Shown here one piece after another: positions 27,104-32,000 of a DNA stretch of 32,000 bases. The DNA is from Staphylothermus marinus F1 (GTDB lineage: Archaea; Thermoproteota; Thermoprotei_A; Sulfolobales; Desulfurococcaceae): NCBI RefSeq assembly GCF_000015945.1, contig NC_009033.1:1440001-1472000 (forward strand). The letters run 5' to 3'. The notes beneath the pieces are model-generated. The model made no database searches. It was given only the letters and a program-made list of their open reading frames with translations, and had not been told where the DNA came from. The translations under genes were made by a program, and so were the position numbers. Each line of letters opens with the position of its first letter. The stretch's first letter is position 1.

Positions 27104-27184
27104 GAAGGGATGACCGAGGCCTCTACTAGATGACCAAGCTTGTGAGAAGGGATGATTGTTTCACGGACCGGGGGACCCTTTTTT
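27104..27184 (+). other. G+C-rich non-coding element: candidate small RNA or structured 3' UTR
   Basis: It is preceded by an A/T block (TTATTAATAAAAAATATA, 27086-27103) and ends in T6 (27179-27184). Internal repeats: AAGGGATGA at 27105 and 27147, GATGACC at 27109 and 27129. GATGA motifs sit about 20-22 nt apart. Confidence 0.2.
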
Positions 27185-27952
27185 CTAACTATATCCTTTC
27201 TTCTTGTAAAAATATATTATAATGAGAAAAGCTAGAGTTAAGGCAATAATTGTTGGTAAAACCCATGTGTTAAGTGAAGGCTTTTTTCCCGTTACTGTGT
27301 TTGTGGTATTCGAGTTTTGCGTAGTTGTATTTGTCGCAGTAATAATGACTGGAGTGCCTGTGGATTTATTTAGTATAGTGTTAATGTCTGGTATACAATA
27401 GTAGTCTTTTAGATCGTTTATCGATGTATTTAAGACGCCGGCTTTTAGACTATTTATTATAAAACGTGGGTAATCAGCTTGTTTACCCGTAATATTGAAT
27501 GATGAAACATATAGTTCTTTAAGCTTGGGAATATACGAGAGATTATATTCTCTAATAGAACAATTATCATATACAACAACAGCTCTACTAATATTAACAT
27601 CAATGAATAAGCGGAACTTTAAATTAGGCTCATCACTATCCCCGAGATAATACCATTCATTTTGTGTTCCAAGCATTAAATACATAGAATAAGCTTCTTT
27701 ATCAGGATCCTTTAATACTGTGATCCCATAAGCATATACTCCATCCGGTTTTAAATAAATAGATATCACACCATAGTTTCCAATTCTATAAATATTAATG
27801 TTCACATCTAAAAAGTATAAGTTACCCTGCTCCTTTATCGAGTATTCTTCTCTATACGCTGAAAATACATGTGTAGACTGAGAAATAATAAGTAATAATA
27901 TGAAAACTAATATCATATATTTAAGAACATGTTTTCTCAATAAATTAAACAT
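27185..27952 (-). CDS. secreted, C-terminally membrane-anchored surface protein
   Basis: N-terminal signal-like helix (YMILVFILLLIISQSTHVFSA), a Thr/Asn-rich linker (TATNTTTQNSNTTNTVTGKK), a C-terminal TM (WVLPTIIALTLAFLIIIYFY) and a KKKGYS tail. Confidence 0.65.
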   Translation of the reverse strand: MFNLLRKHVLKYMILVFILLLIISQSTHVFSAYREEYSIKEQGNLYFLDVNINIYRIGNYGVISIYLKPDGVYAYGITVLKDPDKEAYSMYLMLGTQNEWYYLGDSDEPNLKFRLFIDVNISRAVVVYDNCSIREYNLSYIPKLKELYVSSFNITGKQADYPRFIINSLKAGVLNTSINDLKDYYCIPDINTILNKSTGTPVIITATNTTTQNSNTTNTVTGKKPSLNTWVLPTIIALTLAFLIIIYFYKKKGYS

Positions 27953-28041
27953 TATTTTAAGCCTCTGAAAAATGGTTTCATTTAAACTATTACTAGGATA
28001 AAATATCGTTCCTTATTAAAGTATTCATCTATCTCCATAAA

Positions 28042-28356
28042 CTATGTTTTCTCTACTATAGTCATAGCAGCTACTCCGCTAACCAGTTCTGAAACCTTAT
28101 TGGTAATGGTTTCTATGAGGGTTTCATATGCTTTTTCCTCTATTTTCAAATGAAGTAATTCGTCAACTTCAACATGTACACCGTTAACGCTTACAGAAGG
28201 TTTTGTGCCAGGCATATATACTTGTATAATATTTGCTTCAATACCTTCCTCTAATAGTTTAGATACTGCTACCGATACAGCATTAACAATTACTGCTTCC
28301 TCGGGGGATCCGTATACTACAGTTATAGTAATATTTTCTCTCACACCACTCACCAT
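28042..28356 (-). CDS. small hypothetical protein (104 aa)
   Basis: Clean ORF 38 nt downstream of the 28395..28685 gene on the same strand. Alpha/beta pattern; no recognised motif. Confidence 0.45.
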   Translation of the reverse strand: MVSGVRENITITVVYGSPEEAVIVNAVSVAVSKLLEEGIEANIIQVYMPGTKPSVSVNGVHVEVDELLHLKIEEKAYETLIETITNKVSELVSGVAAMTIVEKT

Positions 28357-28394
28357 AGTGTATAGTAGTAGGAGATTTGTTGCTTGAATAATTT

Positions 28395-28685
28395 TTATGC
28401 TTCTGATTCAACTGGTTCTACAATATTTGTTAATGCTTCTATTTCATCCAGTAAATCATCTACATACTCGTCTTCATGATAATCAATTCCCAGCTCTTCT
28501 GCAATATGTTTCTTTATTGCTTTAAAACCTATCAGCAATAATAGGTCCTTCTGTGTCTTCACAGGTTTAGATAGGATCTCAGCCTCTTGGGCAACAATGT
28601 CTTCAAGCATTAACAAATATTTATGCTCGATAAAACCAGCTAACTCAATGCTTCTATCATATATTTCGCTCTGCTTAGTAGGCAT
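28395..28685 (-). CDS. small acidic hypothetical protein (96 aa)
   Basis: ATG start with a strongly acidic C-terminus (DYHEDEYVDDLLDEIEALTNIVEPVESEA). Divergent from the PIN-protein gene across 285 bp. Confidence 0.5.
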   Translation of the reverse strand: MPTKQSEIYDRSIELAGFIEHKYLLMLEDIVAQEAEILSKPVKTQKDLLLLIGFKAIKKHIAEELGIDYHEDEYVDDLLDEIEALTNIVEPVESEA

Positions 28686-28973
28686 TTATCTCCACCTCAA
28701 CCATGATATGGTTTTTGAAAATATTTTTAAAACAAGTTTAGAGTGTTAATGAGATATTACATGTGTATATTTTCTGAATAAGCCGGAAACCAATTTTCTG
28801 TTTCAACTTATGTTTTAAGCATTTGTCTATGATTATTGATCTTATTCATAACTGTTATAGCACTCTTTTTATCTTTTCAAATGTATATATGCATAAGGGA
28901 CGTATATGGATAACAGAACATGTAAATAGTTGTTTTAGAAGAGAAAACTTGTTTATATTGGAGGGAGTCGTTG

Positions 28974-30617
28974 ATGTCTAAAGAAAATATTTCATTTGTA
29001 GATGTTTTAAAGGAGAAAATAATGTCTGGTTTTTATCCAAGTATATTAGTTGTAGATAAGTATCCATGGATCACTCCTACGATAATAGGTAGGTTAGCTG
29101 AAGAACTAGGTATTGATTTATTCGTTATCCTTACTAGTCAGCATGTCGTTCAATCGGTTGAGCAGAGTCTCCAGCATATTAAGGAGGATGTTGAGGATTT
29201 AGGCGCGATTATTCTTCCAGACTATGTGTTTGGTCAGTCTTTAGTAAAGGATAATGTTTTTGATACGGCGTTTACTCTTAACAATGTATTTAGTAAGATA
29301 AGTGATCAAGTGGAGAAAATAGTAGTTGATTTATCGGGTAGTGATGGAGCAATAGCTGCAACAACAGTTTACTCAGTCAAGAAAATACTTGGCGATAAAG
29401 CAGTATTCACAGTTGTAGACACTATTCCATTATATGGAATACCTGCTTATCCAGGTAGTCCTAGATGGCTCCACAAAGTATACGTATATGGAGATGCAGA
29501 TATTAGGAAGAAGGGGTCAATAGTTGATGATTACCCAAAAAACATTGAGTGGAGAGGTAGTAGGGGAATATATATTGCTATATCAAAATTATTCAATACA
29601 TTAACAAGATGTGGTTTCATAGAAACATACCATAATAGCAGGCGATACATGCCCGGTGAAAACAGTAAGTTAGAAGCATGGATAGAAACAATTGGTGCAT
29701 TAGGGGAGAAGCGCAGGCTCTTAATGATTGAGGAGCTGAAAGGCCCTGATCAAAACACTAGTAACATGTTATATAATGCTTGGAAACAAATTTCTGAACT
29801 ATTAGATATGACTATTGGCGATAAAGATAAGCAGAGCATTGATAGATTAGTTATGCAGATTCAAAGATATGTTGGCGCAGCTGATCTGATAATTAAAGAA
29901 TCTGCTTCATCTAGTCCCCAATGGTTTGATCATGAAGGCGAGAAGCTTCACAGAATAATTCTTAGATCAACAGGTGAAAGAAACAAATTAGCGGTTGTTC
30001 CAGACACTAATCTATTCTATCAAGGACTACATATGGTATTGCTTAAAGCAAGTATAAGACAAGGTTCTCCCTGGAGCACTCTACGGAATATCTCGGTATA
30101 TATTCCAAGATGTGCTGAAACAGAAATTAACGGTAAAGTTGCAGAGACTAATCCTGATGCAGGGGGATTACAGCGTGTATCATATATTATGGCTTTACTA
30201 GCTAATAGAGCATTGCTCGAGACAAAATATTATTATGACGCTAAAACATTATCGGCAACGGCACAGCCTTGCGAAGCATCAATGGCTGTTGAAGCACCGA
30301 ATCTCCCGGAACACAGAATATTATTGATAACAGCTGATCACAAAGCATTTACTGCTTGGCAAACACTAAATGTTTGTAGAGGAAAAGTTGCATGCGCATA
30401 TATTGGACACAGCGATAAACCATTAGATACAGATACAATATATGGTAGATTCTATGCCAGCATAGCCTCCAGCATATTATTATATGTATCCAGCTTATTC
30501 CTCCCAGTAACAGTTAAGGGATCAAGTGGCGAAGCTAGATTAATCGTTAAAAACTTAAAAGGCTCATCAGCACCAATAGTTAGCGTTCATAGAATAAGGA
30601 ATGACGAGAAATTATAA
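28974..30617 (+). CDS. multidomain protein: N-terminal alpha/beta (Rossmann-like) domain, helical middle region, C-terminal PIN-domain nuclease
   Basis: PIN signature spread over residues ~340-470: LAVVPDTNLF (Asp 1), YIPRCAETEINGKV (Glu), CEASMAVEA, and RILLITADHKAF (the ..iTnD.. motif). The N-terminal domain alternates beta and alpha elements and has a loop KIVVDLSGSDGAIAATTVYSV. The ATG at 28974 is preceded by GGAGGGA. Confidence 0.7.
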   Translation: MSKENISFVDVLKEKIMSGFYPSILVVDKYPWITPTIIGRLAEELGIDLFVILTSQHVVQSVEQSLQHIKEDVEDLGAIILPDYVFGQSLVKDNVFDTAFTLNNVFSKISDQVEKIVVDLSGSDGAIAATTVYSVKKILGDKAVFTVVDTIPLYGIPAYPGSPRWLHKVYVYGDADIRKKGSIVDDYPKNIEWRGSRGIYIAISKLFNTLTRCGFIETYHNSRRYMPGENSKLEAWIETIGALGEKRRLLMIEELKGPDQNTSNMLYNAWKQISELLDMTIGDKDKQSIDRLVMQIQRYVGAADLIIKESASSSPQWFDHEGEKLHRIILRSTGERNKLAVVPDTNLFYQGLHMVLLKASIRQGSPWSTLRNISVYIPRCAETEINGKVAETNPDAGGLQRVSYIMALLANRALLETKYYYDAKTLSATAQPCEASMAVEAPNLPEHRILLITADHKAFTAWQTLNVCRGKVACAYIGHSDKPLDTDTIYGRFYASIASSILLYVSSLFLPVTVKGSSGEARLIVKNLKGSSAPIVSVHRIRNDEKL

Positions 30618-30629
30618 ACATTTTTACTA

Positions 30630-30640
30630 TTCATAAATAC
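30630..30640 (+). promoter_or_regulatory. TATA-like box for the Tfx-like gene
   Basis: TTCATAAATAC lies about 20-27 nt upstream of ATG 30657, suggesting a leaderless mRNA. Confidence 0.25.
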
Positions 30641-30656
30641 ATTGTGTGAGCAAAAC

Positions 30657-31148
30657 ATGAAGGAGAAGTATGGTTTCCTGACAAAGATACAGCTATTATC
30701 TCTATACTATAAATCTAGAGGCTATAGTTATCGTAGAATAGCTGAGATAATTGGTACAAGCCATCAAAACATAGCAGTAGCTTATAGGAGAGCATTGAAG
30801 AACATAGAATTATCTGAAAAAACAATTCTCTACTATAAACTTTCCACAGCAAAATTCATAGCACTTATTAATAAAGGAACACATTTAGCAGAGATACCAA
30901 AATTAATTATTGAAGAATGTGATAAGAGAGGAATTAAGCTAAGAGCAGACTTTACATTAATCTTCAAACAAATACGTTTCTACACCCCTCAATGCGTGTC
31001 TGGTTCACGGCTTGCTGGAGAAATAATAGTGGTTGTAGATGAACATGGATTTATCCAAGTATATTCTTACCGGGAAGTAAAAGATATTATTAAGGATATA
31101 GAGAAAACCCTTGGCAAACAAATAATCAGTATAAAGCATGGATACTAG
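30657..31148 (+). CDS. tfx: Tfx-family DNA-binding transcriptional regulator
   Basis: FLTKIQLLSLYYKSRGYSYRRIAEIIGTSHQNIAVAYRRALKNIELSEKTI is the sigma-70 region-4/LuxR-like HTH typical of Tfx, followed by the family's C-terminal domain. The ATG at 30657 is preferred over the track's TTG at 30642. Confidence 0.7.
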   Translation: MKEKYGFLTKIQLLSLYYKSRGYSYRRIAEIIGTSHQNIAVAYRRALKNIELSEKTILYYKLSTAKFIALINKGTHLAEIPKLIIEECDKRGIKLRADFTLIFKQIRFYTPQCVSGSRLAGEIIVVVDEHGFIQVYSYREVKDIIKDIEKTLGKQIISIKHGY

Positions 31149-31260
31149 TTAAAACAACACCTTACATAGCCATATATATATTGCTGTGTATTATTAGTAG
31201 TTCTTATAAGAGCATATAATCATAATGGCATAATAAGAAGAACTCTAATGGTGTGTATAG

Positions 31261-32000
31261 ATGAGCTATTCTAAAGAATTATATGATAAAATAATGGAGA
31301 ATCCATGGCTTACTATTTATGATTGTCTTAGAAGCAAATGTGATTTCTCCGAAATAGGAAGAATACTGAAAGATCTCTTATTGAAGCCTATGAATACTAA
31401 GGAATACATAGTTGGTTTAGAATTATTAAAAGCTATTAAGAGCCAAGCACCAGTAGAAATACTGTTTCGATCAATATCTATGGTTGTCGATGATAAAGTA
31501 ATAAAGAAAATTCTAGAAGATACAAAACCAGACAAGATCTTAGAGGAATATAAGAAAAACTATTTCAAAGGAATGGGCCTCATAACTCTATTAGAGATCT
31601 ATCCGTTTCTCAATCTACGGGATGAACTAGCTGAGAGAGTAAAGGAATTATTGAGGGAGGCACCGGAGAAGATAGATAATGAAAAGGATCTTAGGGAATT
31701 TTTGAGAGCACTAACATTTGGTCCATTATCTGTTCTCTCACCAGCTAAGTTAAAAGATGTACTGGTATTTATTAGAAATAACCTCAGCAATAAACCACTA
31801 TGTCTCCAAACAAAAACTGACATCATATCTATGATTGTAGATAATTATCCTCCTCAAATACTAGGTGAAAATATTGAAATAATCGATATCATAGCGGATA
31901 TTCTAAGAGAAGTTGCTGAAAACACTATATTGCTGGCATCAAGTGAACTAGATAGAGCGGTCAATATTTATAGTGATATAAATATATTCATGTCCAAGAT
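31261..32000 (+). CDS. helical hypothetical protein, 3' end outside the window (not in the supplied ORF track)
   Basis: My own translation: ATG 31261 directly follows an in-frame TAG, and the frame stays open for 246 codons to the window edge (MSYSKELYDKIMENPWLTIYDCLRSK...AENTILLASSELDRAVNIYSDINIFMSK). The Leu/Glu/Lys/Ile pattern suggests an all-alpha protein. Confidence 0.6.
   Translation, partial: MSYSKELYDKIMENPWLTIYDCLRSKCDFSEIGRILKDLLLKPMNTKEYIVGLELLKAIKSQAPVEILFRSISMVVDDKVIKKILEDTKPDKILEEYKKNYFKGMGLITLLEIYPFLNLRDELAERVKELLREAPEKIDNEKDLREFLRALTFGPLSVLSPAKLKDVLVFIRNNLSNKPLCLQTKTDIISMIVDNYPPQILGENIEIIDIIADILREVAENTILLASSELDRAVNIYSDINIFMSK

Noticed and set aside
27104-27184. C/D-box sRNA or tRNA interpretation of the G+C-rich element
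   Set aside because: GGGATGA and AGATGA resemble degenerate C/C' boxes. However, there is no CUGA D/D' box on either strand at the right spacing, and no tRNA-like T-arm (GTTCRANYC) or acceptor pairing. It is kept only as an unclassified element.
1-32000. CRISPR arrays, rRNA or tRNA genes, and integrase/transposase genes
   Set aside because: Scanning by eye found no regularly spaced 24-40-nt direct repeats, no rRNA- or tRNA-like G+C-rich blocks with the expected motifs, and no recombinase-like ORF. The only mobile element supported is the intein.

Overview
AT-rich, tightly packed archaeal-type chromosome segment. Supporting signs: A/T-rich TATA-like boxes about 25-35 nt upstream of starts, frequent ATGA start/stop overlaps, TTG/GTG starts, pilins with class-III-type signal peptides, FlaI/FlaJ-type machinery, archaeal-type NMNAT and Tfx. 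Composition and gene content suggest a hyperthermophilic crenarchaeote (Desulfurococcales/Sulfolobales-like), which cannot be proven from the sequence alone. Layout: (1) 0-11.4 kb is a type-IV-pilus-like filament locus. A FlaI/VirB11-family ATPase on the minus strand is interrupted by a 480-aa LAGLIDADG intein. It is divergent from a six-gene operon: a FlaJ/TadC-like membrane platform plus five translationally coupled proteins with pilin-like N-terminal helices. The 440-bp intergenic region between them carries a G+C-rich island and a triplicated 15-mer. (2) 11.4-15 kb holds a 2TM/RCK K+ channel, a small wHTH protein, a small membrane protein and a SAMHD1/dGTPase-like HD hydrolase. (3) 15-17.5 kb has a ~590-bp gene-poor gap with coding remnants, then an uncharacterised four-gene cassette (three small ATGA-coupled proteins plus a polytopic membrane protein). 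(4) 17.5-23.6 kb holds an M50 protease, NMNAT, a CxxCxxCC protein, BirA and PmbA/TldD. (5) 23.8-27.1 kb holds a solo archaeal pilin, a small C2CH zinc protein and a COG1205 (MrfA/YprA-like) DEXH helicase with a C-terminal Cys-cluster domain. (6) 27.1-32 kb looks accessory: a G+C-rich non-coding element, an anchored surface protein, two small unknown proteins, a 548-aa alpha/beta + PIN-nuclease protein, a Tfx-type regulator, and a helical ORF that runs off the window and is missing from the ORF track. No rRNA, tRNA or CRISPR array was recognised. The best candidates for something new are the alpha/beta-PIN / Tfx / helical-ORF cluster, the central four-gene cassette, and the intein-gated pilus locus with its structured intergenic region. 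All functional calls rest on motif recognition by eye; no searches were run.
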